From: an uncultured Chloroflexia bacterium
GTDB taxonomy: Bacteria; Chloroflexota; Limnocylindria; Limnocylindrales; CSP1-4
DNA length: 64,000 nucleotides
Assembly (NCBI GenBank): GCA_963731635.1
Contig: CAVSWB010000004.1
Span: 240,780 to 304,779, forward strand
Reading direction: 5' to 3'
Positions within the stretch are counted from its first letter, which is position 1; every line of letters starts with the position of its first letter. Position numbers and translations under genes: made by a program. The notes beneath the pieces were generated by a model that saw nothing but the letters and a program-made list of their open reading frames with translations, did no database searches and was not told the DNA's origin. Below are positions 31,615-40,652 of the stretch, piece after piece.

Positions 31615-31989
31615 CTATGCGCTGGCAGGCCGGCGAACTGCCGCTGGGTCAGCGCGACGGGCCGTGCATTCGGCGCACGGACATGAAGCGCGTAATGCCT
31701 CGAACGTGTAGTAGCCCGTGTCGTGGCCGTCAGCCCAGGTTGGGGCAATCGCATATTGCCCGATGAGCTGGGCGGTCACGAGCTGTGTCTGCTCCGGGGT
31801 GAGCGTCGGGTTCGTGTCGAGCCAGCCTGGCCGCCCGGCCTCGCCCTGGCAGAAGGCGCACGGACAGAGCAGGCGCAGCGTTGGCGTGTCGAACTCCGTG
31901 CGATGGCCGTCAGCCCACTCGATAGTCAGCCGGCCGAGGTCTCGTTCGGCTTTGATGTTCACCGGTCGATTTGCAGGGTTCAGCGTCAT
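31615..31989 (-). CDS. DUF971 / GBBH-like N-terminal domain protein
   Basis: IEWADGH, LRLLCPCAFC, GQYAI, WADGHDTGYY; leaderless TAGAAT-N5-ATG. Confidence 0.88.
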   Translation of the reverse strand: MTLNPANRPVNIKAERDLGRLTIEWADGHRTEFDTPTLRLLCPCAFCQGEAGRPGWLDTNPTLTPEQTQLVTAQLIGQYAIAPTWADGHDTGYYTFEALRASCPCAECTARRADPAAVRRPASA

Positions 31990-32074
31990 GCCTCATTCTA
32001 GGGTCGGCGCCGGGGCGGGCGCCCAGCAGCGTGACAACCGAGCAGCGGACCCGGCTCGATTTCCCGTGGTTGCC

Positions 32075-34687
32075 ATGAATAACTCCGCCCCGGAGCGCAG
32101 GCCTTCGCGCTCCAAGCCGGTTCGTCCGCATACCTCCGACCGATCGGTCGGTCTGTCCGGGTCGGCGGCTCAACTCACCGCCGGCTCGGTACTGCAGCAA
32201 CTCGGCACCGACGCGTCGGTCGGCCTCTCACCAGAACAGACCTCGGCGCGGCTCGCCGAGTTCGGTCCAAATGAGCTCGAGCCGGTTCGAAAGACGTCGC
32301 TGGCGCGACTGTTCTGGGACGGCGCCCGCGAGCCATTCGTCGTGCTGCTCTTCATCGCGGGCTGCCTGGCCATCGCGCTCAACGAGGTGCGCGACGGCCT
32401 GCTGGTCCTCGTGATCCTGGCGCCCATCGTCGGCGCGGGGGTGCTCACCGAATATCGCGGCGAGAAGGCGCTAGAGGCCCTCCGAGAAGCGGCCGCGCCC
32501 TCGGCCCGGGTCAGGAGAGCCGGCGAGGTCCAGGACATCCCGACGCAGGAGCTAGTCCCCGGGGACCTCGTCCTGCTCCGAACCGGCGACGTCGTGCCGG
32601 CGGACCTTCGCCTGGTGCGCGCCGAGGCGCTGGCATTCGATCGGAGCGTTCTCACCGGCGAGTCGCTGCCCGAACAAGGTTCGACCGAGCCCGATCCCGA
32701 TGGCGCCGCTCTTGCTGACTGCCACTCGATTGCCTATGGCGGCACGGCCGTCGTGGGCGGACGCGGCGAGGGCGTGGTCATCGCCACCGGGCTCGAGACG
32801 GAGTTTGGTCGCATCTCGGCGGCGCTCGGCAGTCGTGAGCGCCGCCGGTCGCCCCTGCAGCGCGAGCTGGACAGGCTCGTCCGAATTCTCCTGTTCGTGG
32901 CCATCGGCCTGATCGCGATAGTCGTCGGCCTCGGCTTCCTGAGGGGCAACGAAGCAGGCAAGAACGTCCTGGCCGGCGTCTCGGCGGCAATCGCGGCAAT
33001 CCCCGAAGAACCCCCGGCCCTGGTGGCGGTCATCCTGGGTCTGGGCGCCTACCGGCTGCTGAAGATGAAGGTGCTGGTCAGGCGCCTCTCGGCGCAGGAG
33101 ACGCTGGGTTCCGTGGACCTGATCGTCACCGACAAGACGGGCACGCTGACAGAGAACCGTCTGGCCCTGGCGGCGATCCGGACGCCGGCGGGCGTTGTGG
33201 AGGACCCCGCGCGTCTGGCCGAGCTGGCGACACTGGCCATTCGAGCGGAGGAGGACGCCTGGAGCGTTGCCACGGGCAGCAAGCTCGGGTCCTTCAGCCG
33301 ATCGCTGTTCAGCTTCCTGTCGGAGCAGTCGATCGTGCTCGAGCTCGACCCGGCCGACCTGCTCGACGCCGATCCGGTCAGCGACGAAAGGCCCTATTCA
33401 CGGACGCGCGCCAGAACGAATGGTCCCGCCGGGACGCCCGCGATCGAGGAATTGGCGCTGGGAGCCCCCGAAGCAATTCTGGCGCTGTGCGAGTCACTGC
33501 CGGCAGGGGAGAGGGAAGCCTGGCGCGTCCTCGTCGAGAGCGGCGCCGAAGCCGGAGAGAGGCTGCTTGTGCTGGGTCGGTGTGTCGACGGGGAGGGCTG
33601 GCTCCCGCTCGGAGTGCTGGCGTTCGCCGACCGGATCCGAGCCGGAATCCGCGAGGCGATGGCTCTGGCGGTTGCGGCCGGGATTCAGCCGCTCGTCGTC
33701 ACCGGCGACCACCCGACCACTGCCGCGGCGATTGCCGCCGAGGCGGGTCTGCCCAACGAGCGGGTCGTGACCGGCCCCGAGCTGGCCACCTGGGACGAAG
33801 CCCGGCTCCAGGCGGAGCTGCCGACGCTCAACATAGTCGCCCGTGCGATTCCCGAACAGAAGCTGCGCATCGTGGACGCGGCCCGTCGGTCTGGTCGGAC
33901 GGTTGCGGTCACCGGCGACGGCGTCAACGACGCCCCGGCCCTGCACCACGCCGACGTCGCCGTCGCGATGGGGAGCGGCACGGCCGTGGCGCGCGAGACC
34001 TCCGACCTGGTTCTCGGCGACGACTCTTTCGTTACTTTGATGCACGGCCTGCGCGAGGGACGCCGCCTCGTCGCGAATGTCCAGAAGGGTCTCGTCTTCC
34101 TTATCTCGACGCACGTGGCGATGCTGGGCTTCATCCTCATCGCCACGATCGCAGGTTTCAGCCAGCCCCTTTTGCCGATCCAGATCCTCTGGCTCGAAGT
34201 GTTCATCGACATGTTGACGGCGGTCTCCTTCGAGGGCGAGGCTGAAGAGCCAGGCGCGATGCAGCGCCCGCCGAGACCCCGGTCTAGGCCGCTCCTCGAC
34301 ACGGGCATGCTTCTGCGGATATGCCTGGCCGGCGGGTTCAGTGCGTTCGCCGCGCTGGCCCTCATCGAGCAGCACAGCCCGGACTTCGAGCATGCCCGCT
34401 GGCTGGCGTATACGGCGCTCGTGGTGGGCCAGGTGGTTCGGGCCAATGCCAACCGCAGCCTCGCCTTCCCGGTCCTGTTGCGGCGGCCCAACCCTCTGCT
34501 CCTGCTCGGCGGCGTCGTCTGCATCGCGTTTCAGATTGCCATGCCCTTCATCCCGGGAGTGGCGGATGCTTTCCAGGCCACGCCTCTCGATGCTGTCGAT
34601 TGGCTTCTGGTTCTGGTTATCGCGCTCGCCCCGGCGCTCGTGGCCGAGGTCTATCGTGCCGTCCGCCATCGGCCCTGGGTCGCCTGA
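32075..34687 (+). CDS. Cation-transporting P-type ATPase (P2-like); start uncertain
   Basis: GPNEL, LTGES, DKTGTLT, VTGDH, TGDGVNDAPAL; atypical IPEEPP in M4. Confidence 0.92.
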   Translation: MNNSAPERRPSRSKPVRPHTSDRSVGLSGSAAQLTAGSVLQQLGTDASVGLSPEQTSARLAEFGPNELEPVRKTSLARLFWDGAREPFVVLLFIAGCLAIALNEVRDGLLVLVILAPIVGAGVLTEYRGEKALEALREAAAPSARVRRAGEVQDIPTQELVPGDLVLLRTGDVVPADLRLVRAEALAFDRSVLTGESLPEQGSTEPDPDGAALADCHSIAYGGTAVVGGRGEGVVIATGLETEFGRISAALGSRERRRSPLQRELDRLVRILLFVAIGLIAIVVGLGFLRGNEAGKNVLAGVSAAIAAIPEEPPALVAVILGLGAYRLLKMKVLVRRLSAQETLGSVDLIVTDKTGTLTENRLALAAIRTPAGVVEDPARLAELATLAIRAEEDAWSVATGSKLGSFSRSLFSFLSEQSIVLELDPADLLDADPVSDERPYSRTRARTNGPAGTPAIEELALGAPEAILALCESLPAGEREAWRVLVESGAEAGERLLVLGRCVDGEGWLPLGVLAFADRIRAGIREAMALAVAAGIQPLVVTGDHPTTAAAIAAEAGLPNERVVTGPELATWDEARLQAELPTLNIVARAIPEQKLRIVDAARRSGRTVAVTGDGVNDAPALHHADVAVAMGSGTAVARETSDLVLGDDSFVTLMHGLREGRRLVANVQKGLVFLISTHVAMLGFILIATIAGFSQPLLPIQILWLEVFIDMLTAVSFEGEAEEPGAMQRPPRPRSRPLLDTGMLLRICLAGGFSAFAALALIEQHSPDFEHARWLAYTALVVGQVVRANANRSLAFPVLLRRPNPLLLLGGVVCIAFQIAMPFIPGVADAFQATPLDAVDWLLVLVIALAPALVAEVYRAVRHRPWVA

Positions 34688-34817
34688 CCGCCGCCGGCCG
34701 GAGGACCACCACCTCGTCCGCTTGGTGGACGGCAAGGGCGGAAAACCGTCGATAATCGAACAGGTCGGCCCAGGAACGAGTCCTAATAGGTGTCAGGCAG
34801 AAATTCCCGGAGAGCTC

Positions 34818-35762
34818 ATGTCGCTGATCATCGACTCGATGTCCAAGAGCTTCGGCGAAGTCCGGGCGCTGGACGATGTCTCGCTCGAAGTTCGCCCCGG
34901 AGAAGTGTTCGGCTTCCTGGGCGCCAACGGGGCCGGCAAGACGACGGCAATGCGCATCGTGCTCGACATCCTCCGCCCCGACAGCGGCACGATCAGATGG
35001 GACGGCCGCCCGAACACCGAGCTTCCACGCGAAACCTGGGGCTACCTGCCGGAAGAGCGCGGCCTGTACGCCAAGATGAAGGTCCTCGACCAGCTCGTGT
35101 TCTTTGCCAAGCTGCACGGCGTAAAGCCGAGAGCGGCCGAGGAGGAAGCGCGCTGCTGGCTCGATCGTTTCCGCATTCCCGAGTACGCCGACCGACGTGC
35201 CGAGCAGCTCTCCAAGGGCAATCAGCAAAAGATCCAGTTCATCGCCGCGATCCTGCACGATCCGCAGGTGCTGCTGATGGATGAGCCGTTTACGGGGCTC
35301 GACCCGGTCAACGTGGCGCTGCTCAAGGAGGCCTTCCTCGAGATGCGCGACCGGGGCAAGACGCTGGTCTTTTCGACTCACCAGATGGAGCAGGTCGAGG
35401 AGCTGTGCGAGTCGATCGCCATCCTCGACCGGGGCAGGGTCGTCGTCAGCGGCACGGTCCGCGAAGTTCGTCGCTCGACCGGCCGGCAGGTCGTGCGGGT
35501 GGCCGTGGAAGGCGATTCGGAGATGTCCTGGCTCGGCACCCTCGATGGCGTCGTCGTCACCCGTCGTGGGCAGGATTACGTGGAGGCGGACGTGGCCCAC
35601 AGCAGCAACGCGGAGGCCGTCCTCCAGGCCGCGCTCGAGCGCGGTTGCCGGGTAAGGCATTTCGAGATTACGGACCCCTCTCTCGAGCAGATCTTCATCG
35701 AACATGTCGGCCAGATGGACACGAGCGAACGGACGCTCGCGCCGAGGGCGGTGCCCGCATGA
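34818..35762 (+). CDS. ABC-2 exporter ATP-binding protein (YhaQ/NatA-like)
   Basis: GANGAGKTT, GYLPEERGLY, LSKGNQQK, DEPFTGLDPVN. Confidence 0.92.
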   Translation: MSLIIDSMSKSFGEVRALDDVSLEVRPGEVFGFLGANGAGKTTAMRIVLDILRPDSGTIRWDGRPNTELPRETWGYLPEERGLYAKMKVLDQLVFFAKLHGVKPRAAEEEARCWLDRFRIPEYADRRAEQLSKGNQQKIQFIAAILHDPQVLLMDEPFTGLDPVNVALLKEAFLEMRDRGKTLVFSTHQMEQVEELCESIAILDRGRVVVSGTVREVRRSTGRQVVRVAVEGDSEMSWLGTLDGVVVTRRGQDYVEADVAHSSNAEAVLQAALERGCRVRHFEITDPSLEQIFIEHVGQMDTSERTLAPRAVPA

Positions 35763-37093
35763 ACGGCTGGCGGACGCTCTTCCCTAACGCGTGGTACATC
35801 GCGGCCCGTGAGTACCGGGGCCGCATCGCCAGCCGGAGCTTCCTCCTTGGAACGATCCTGCTGGCCGTGATCGCCTTCGCCGCGACCGAGTCGCCGGTCC
35901 TGATCGACTACCTGCAGGGCACGAGCCAGACGAGCGTGGCGGTCTACACGACCGTGACGAACCTGCCGGCGGACGCACAGCAGGTGCTGGATTCGCAGCT
36001 CAACCCACAGACCGAAACGTCGAGCGGGCACAAGGAATTCGCGATCAGCTGGTTCGTTGGGTCCGGCGACAACGAGTCGAACGTCCAGAAGGACCTCGAC
36101 GAAGGCCGGTACGCGGCCTTGCTCGCGATCGATCGCAACGCGCAGACCGGAGACCTGGCATTCACTCTCCGAACCGACATGCCGTCCGACGGGCGACAGG
36201 CCGGGATGCTTCAGAACGCCGTCACGTATCTCGCCCTCGACGACCGCCTGGCCCGGGCCGGCGTCTCGATCTCCGCCCTCCAGACGCCGCCCGCCTGGTC
36301 CGTGGTCCCCCTGAAATCAGGATCCGCGGACGAGGGACCCGCAAGCACCACCAGCGTGAGCAGCGAGATCACATCGTCGGTCCTCTCGACGGTGCTGATC
36401 GTGCTGATGCTGATGGCCATCATCACTTACGGGACGTGGGTGGCCATGAGCGTCGGCGAGGAGAAGGGCAGCCGGGTGATGGAGCTCATGCTCAACGCCG
36501 CGACGCCTATCCAGATGCTCGCCGGCAAGGTCGTGGGCAACGGCGCGGCCGGACTCACCCAATACGGGATCACCATCCTGGCGGCAGTAGGCGGCATTCT
36601 GGCCCAGGCTCCGATCCGGAGGGCAGTGCTTGGAGAGTCGGCGGGAGCTGCCGGGCCGCCTGCCGGGCTGAGCCCCGTAGTCTTCGCCGCGTTCATCGTC
36701 CTGTTCCTGCTGGGCTTCATCCTCTACGCCCTGCTCTACGCGGCACTCGGTTCGCTGGTCAGCCGCCAGGAGGACATCCAGAGCGCGACCTCGCCCCTCA
36801 TGATGGTCATCATGTCGGGCTACTTCATCGCGATCTTCGCCCTCTCCGCGATCAACGAGACGTGGGTCGCCGTGCTCTCGTACGTTCCCTTCTTCACTCC
36901 GTACCTGATGCTCGCCCGCGTGGCCATCGGTCATGTCGAGTGGTGGGAGTTCACGCTGGCGATCGGGATCATGCTCGCGACCATCGGGGTCGCGCTCTTC
37001 CTGGCCGCCCGCATCTACAGCGCCGGGGTCCTGCTCTACGGGCAACGGGTCGGCCTGCGCCAGGTGCTCAAGGCTGCCCGCGTCTCGCGCTAG
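35759..37093 (+). CDS. ABC-2 exporter permease (YhaP/NatB-like)
   Basis: EEKGSRVMEL, GKVVG, YVPFFTP, IYSAGVL. Confidence 0.9.
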   Translation: MNGWRTLFPNAWYIAAREYRGRIASRSFLLGTILLAVIAFAATESPVLIDYLQGTSQTSVAVYTTVTNLPADAQQVLDSQLNPQTETSSGHKEFAISWFVGSGDNESNVQKDLDEGRYAALLAIDRNAQTGDLAFTLRTDMPSDGRQAGMLQNAVTYLALDDRLARAGVSISALQTPPAWSVVPLKSGSADEGPASTTSVSSEITSSVLSTVLIVLMLMAIITYGTWVAMSVGEEKGSRVMELMLNAATPIQMLAGKVVGNGAAGLTQYGITILAAVGGILAQAPIRRAVLGESAGAAGPPAGLSPVVFAAFIVLFLLGFILYALLYAALGSLVSRQEDIQSATSPLMMVIMSGYFIAIFALSAINETWVAVLSYVPFFTPYLMLARVAIGHVEWWEFTLAIGIMLATIGVALFLAARIYSAGVLLYGQRVGLRQVLKAARVSR

Positions 37094-37845
37094 TCCTCGA
37101 GCGGCAATCGCTGAATGAGGGCCAGGACCGGGCGGGAGGCCGGTTCGTCGGGAACGTCGGGCACGATGTGCAGTGGGATCCCGCCCGGTTGTGCGGCTAT
37201 CCAGCGCCACAGGTCGCTGCGCCGACCCGGCAGGTAGGGGCTGCGCAGGTGGCGGGCCGTCACTCCCCGCAGGCCCTGCTGGGCGACGGCGAAGTAGAGG
37301 TCCATGCCGTCGCCGACGACCCCCGGCAATACGACCAGCTCGGCGCCGGGCGTGACGATCCGGGCCAGGTGCTCCCGGCGCCGCAGCAAAGGTTGAGCTA
37401 TGACCGGCATTCCGGCGGCCCAGAGCAGGTCAAAGACCAGGAATACGGGACTAAGCCCGGGCGTATCGCGACCTGCCAGGCGCGCCGCCAGCGCCTCGGG
37501 GTTCATCCGCCCGTCTCGATCGGGCAGGACGATCTCGCCGTCCAGGATCGCGGGAAGGTCGCCGACGAGATCCGGAAGCGTTGCGGTCAGTTCGGGGAGG
37601 TAAGCGGCCATGTCGCGGCCCGTCGCGTCGAGCAGCCGGACTCGGGGCAGTTGCTCAAATCGGTCGGGCTCGATGAACGCCAGGGCCCGCTGACCGCCCC
37701 AGCTCGGCTCGAAGACGTGCTCGTCCGAATCGAACGGGGCATGGGCGGGCCGCGCCAGCATCGGCCGAAGAGATCGCGGCAGGCGCGAGACGTCGCCGCT
37801 GAGGCTCAGCGACAGCTGGTCGTCCCCGCCTTCGGGCCCGTTCAG
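37090..37845 (-). CDS. ATP-dependent DNA ligase adenylation-domain homolog lacking catalytic residues; probable CTG start overlapping the ppk2 stop
   Basis: LRPMLA, ILDGEIV, VFDLLW, SPYLPGRRS motifs of the LigD ligase domain; motif I reads EPSWGGQR. Confidence 0.75.
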   Translation of the reverse strand: MNGPEGGDDQLSLSLSGDVSRLPRSLRPMLARPAHAPFDSDEHVFEPSWGGQRALAFIEPDRFEQLPRVRLLDATGRDMAAYLPELTATLPDLVGDLPAILDGEIVLPDRDGRMNPEALAARLAGRDTPGLSPVFLVFDLLWAAGMPVIAQPLLRRREHLARIVTPGAELVVLPGVVGDGMDLYFAVAQQGLRGVTARHLRSPYLPGRRSDLWRWIAAQPGGIPLHIVPDVPDEPASRPVLALIQRLPLED

Positions 37846-38861
37846 TACTTCTCCGGCACGAACCGTTGGCTCTCGATGGGCGGTCGAACGTAGCCGTCGT
37901 CGACCTGGCGCGTCGGCAGGACGATCTGCTCGGGCGTCGTGTCGTCGTAAGGAAGCAGGCTCAGAAGGTGGCTGATGCAGTTCAGGCGGGCGCGCTCCTT
38001 GTTGTCGGCCTCAACGACCCACCAGGGCGTCTCGGGCTTGTCGGTGGCGGCGAACATGGCGTCCTTGGCCTTGGAGTACTCGACCCACTTCGAGCGCGCG
38101 GTCACGTCCATCGGCGAGATCTTCCAGCGCTTGGTGGGGTTGTTGATCCGATCCTGGAAGCGACGTTCCTGCTCGTCGTCGCTGACCGAGAACCAGTACT
38201 TGATCAGGATGATCCCCGAGCGCAGCAGCATCCTCTCGAATTCGGGCGCGGTCTCGAGATACTCGCGGTATTCCTCGTCGCTGCAGAAGCCCATGACGTG
38301 TTCGACGCCGGCCCGGTTGTACCAGCTGCGATCGAACAGGACCCACTCGCCGGCCGCGGGAAGCTGGGCCACGTAGCGCTGGAAATACCACTGCGTCTTC
38401 TCGCGGTCCGTGGGTATGCCCAAAGCGCAGATGCGGCAGACGCGCGGGTTGAGCGTCTCGGTGATGCGCTTGATAACTCCGCCCTTGCCGGCCGCGTCGC
38501 GGCCCTCGAACAGGCATACGACCTTGAGGCCGCGGGCCTTGATCCACTCCTGAAGTTTGACCAGCTCGACCTGGAGCCGTGCCAGCTCGGCAGCGTAGAC
38601 CTTTGGGTCGAGGTTCTTGCGCGCTTTCTGCTCGAGGTCGCCGCTCGACGCATCGAAACGATCGGTCTTCGAAATGTGCTTGCCTTCGCGCTTCGCGGCC
38701 TTCGAGCGTGCGATCTTCTTCTGCCGCCGGATCGACTCGGCGGCTACGGCCCTTGCGGCCGCGTTCTCGGCTTCGGGCTCCGGCGGCGAGTCGATGGCGG
38801 CCTTCGCGGCCCTGGCATCCAGCTTCCGTGCGCTCGTCCGGTTGTCGTGGTCTTTCGGCAA
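37842..38861 (-). CDS. ppk2: Polyphosphate kinase 2 (class I-like)
   Basis: FEGRDAAGKGG, QWYFQRY, FDRSWYNRAGVE, WKISPMD; TTG start after AAGGAGG. Confidence 0.95.
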   Translation of the reverse strand: MPKDHDNRTSARKLDARAAKAAIDSPPEPEAENAAARAVAAESIRRQKKIARSKAAKREGKHISKTDRFDASSGDLEQKARKNLDPKVYAAELARLQVELVKLQEWIKARGLKVVCLFEGRDAAGKGGVIKRITETLNPRVCRICALGIPTDREKTQWYFQRYVAQLPAAGEWVLFDRSWYNRAGVEHVMGFCSDEEYREYLETAPEFERMLLRSGIILIKYWFSVSDDEQERRFQDRINNPTKRWKISPMDVTARSKWVEYSKAKDAMFAATDKPETPWWVVEADNKERARLNCISHLLSLLPYDDTTPEQIVLPTRQVDDGYVRPPIESQRFVPEKY

Positions 38862-38989
38862 GGTCGACCTCCTTGTGCTCAAAGTAGGCCATGTTCGGGC
38901 AGGCCACAAGGGCCCACACGAGCCACGGTCCCACGCGCGACGCGGCGGGCCGGTACCATGCTCGCCAGGAGCGAAAGCGGAGGAGATCG

Positions 38990-40405
38990 ATGCAGCTCTG
39001 GGGCGGTCAATTCAGCGGGACCACGGACGAGCGAGTGGCCGATTTCACGAGGTCGGTCGAACTCGATCGCGCCCTGGCGCTTGACGATATCGCGGGTTCG
39101 ATCGCCCATGTGCACGGCCTGGGTCGGGCCGGCCTGCTCGCCGATGAGGAAGTGGCGGCCCTCGTCGCGGGTCTCGACGCCCTCAGGGCCGAGGTCGTGA
39201 CCGGCGCCATCCGCTGGGATCCGGCGCTCGAAGACGTCCACATGAACCTGGAGTCGGCGCTGCAGGCCCGAATCGGGCCGCTCGCGGGGCGCCTCCACAC
39301 CGGCCGTTCGCGCAACGACCAGGTCGCCACAGATCTGCGGTTATGGCTGCGGCGCACGATCGACGAGCTGGACGCAGCTGTCCTGGAGATGGAACGGGCG
39401 CTGGTCCGGCTGGCCGACCGCGACGGGGAAGCGATCCTGCCGGGCACGACCCACATCCAGCCGGCGCAACCGGTGCTGCTTGCCCACCACCTGCTGGCCT
39501 ACGTCGAGATGCTCGAACGCGATCGAGGCCGCCTGGCGGACTGCCGGCGGCGGGCGAACGTCAGCCCGCTGGGCGCGGGGGCCCTGGCCGGAGCCGGTTA
39601 CCCGCTCGACCGTGAGGCGACCGCGGTCGAGCTCGGCTTCGACGGCGTCACCGCCAACTCGCTCGATGCCGTCAGCGACCGCGACTTCGTGGCCGAAGCC
39701 CTGTCCGCATTCGCCCTGTGCATGGTCCATCTCAGCCGGCTGGCCGAGGAGATTACCTGGTGGTCGAACCCGCGCTTCGGCTTCGTCCGCGCCGCCGACG
39801 CATTCTCGACCGGTTCCTCGATGATGCCGAACAAGAAGAACCCGGATCCCGCCGAGCTGGTGCGCGGCCGCGCGGCTCGGGTCATCGGTTCGCTGACCGG
39901 CTTCCTGGCGCTGATGAAGGGCCTGCCGCTGGCCTACCAGCGCGACCTCCAGGAGGACAAGCCGCCGCTCTTCGAGGCTGCCGCCACGCTCGAGGCATCG
40001 CTCGGCGTGATGGCGGGCATGGTGGCGACGCTGAGCGTCGATCGTGCCCGGATGCTGGCCGCGGCCAGCGAGGGTTACATAACCGCCACGGCCGTGGCCG
40101 ACGCGCTCGTCCGCCGGGGAGTGGCGTTCCGCGCCGCTCACCACATCGTCGGCGCGCTGGTCGCGGCGGCGGAGCGCGGCGGGGTCGGGCTGGACGTCGT
40201 CGACGACGCCGCGATATCCACCGCTCTGGCCGAATCCGAGGACGATGTCGCGCGTCGGCTGGGCGAAGATGCCTCGATCGGCGGCGAGCTGCGGGCCGCC
40301 GCGGCCCTGGACGGCGCACTGGCCAGCTGCGATGTGATCGGCGGGACGGCGCCACGCCGCGTCGCGGCGGCGCTCGCGGCAGCAAAGGCGCGCCTGGGAC
40401 TCTGA
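38990..40405 (+). CDS. argH: Argininosuccinate lyase
   Basis: LWGGQF, EDVH, HTGRSRNDQ, TGSSMMPNKKNPD, DLQEDK. Confidence 0.96.
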   Translation: MQLWGGQFSGTTDERVADFTRSVELDRALALDDIAGSIAHVHGLGRAGLLADEEVAALVAGLDALRAEVVTGAIRWDPALEDVHMNLESALQARIGPLAGRLHTGRSRNDQVATDLRLWLRRTIDELDAAVLEMERALVRLADRDGEAILPGTTHIQPAQPVLLAHHLLAYVEMLERDRGRLADCRRRANVSPLGAGALAGAGYPLDREATAVELGFDGVTANSLDAVSDRDFVAEALSAFALCMVHLSRLAEEITWWSNPRFGFVRAADAFSTGSSMMPNKKNPDPAELVRGRAARVIGSLTGFLALMKGLPLAYQRDLQEDKPPLFEAAATLEASLGVMAGMVATLSVDRARMLAAASEGYITATAVADALVRRGVAFRAAHHIVGALVAAAERGGVGLDVVDDAAISTALAESEDDVARRLGEDASIGGELRAAAALDGALASCDVIGGTAPRRVAAALAAAKARLGL

Positions 40406-40514
40406 GCCGCGAGGCCGTGCCCGGGCGAATGGCGCACGCGGAGGCCCGCGGGGCCTTGCTCCGAGCGAGTGGCGCGCGATGCATGAAGCCGCCTCCGCGC
40501 CCACTTTCTGAACC

Positions 40515-40591
40515 GCAACCAGCCCGGAACCAGAGCGCGACCCGAGGTCCACCCCGTCGCTACTGAACACCGCCTCACGCAACCCTACGCT
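40515..40591 (+). promoter_or_regulatory. amtB1 promoter: five 11-bp-periodic boxes plus -10 TACGCT
   Basis: GCAACC 40515, GGAACC 40526, GCGACC 40537, TCCACC 40548, GCTACT 40559; TACGCT 40586. Confidence 0.78.
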
Positions 40592-40652
40592 TTCGCGAGC
40601 CGGCGGAGAGCTTTCCGTTCGGTTGCGGCAATGGGACGAAGGAGAAACGCGC

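Noticed and set aside
38903-38935. CCAC repeats between ppk2 and argH as another amt-type box array
   Set aside because: Spacing is 10, 9 and 8 bp rather than 11, and there is no GCTACTGA anchor.
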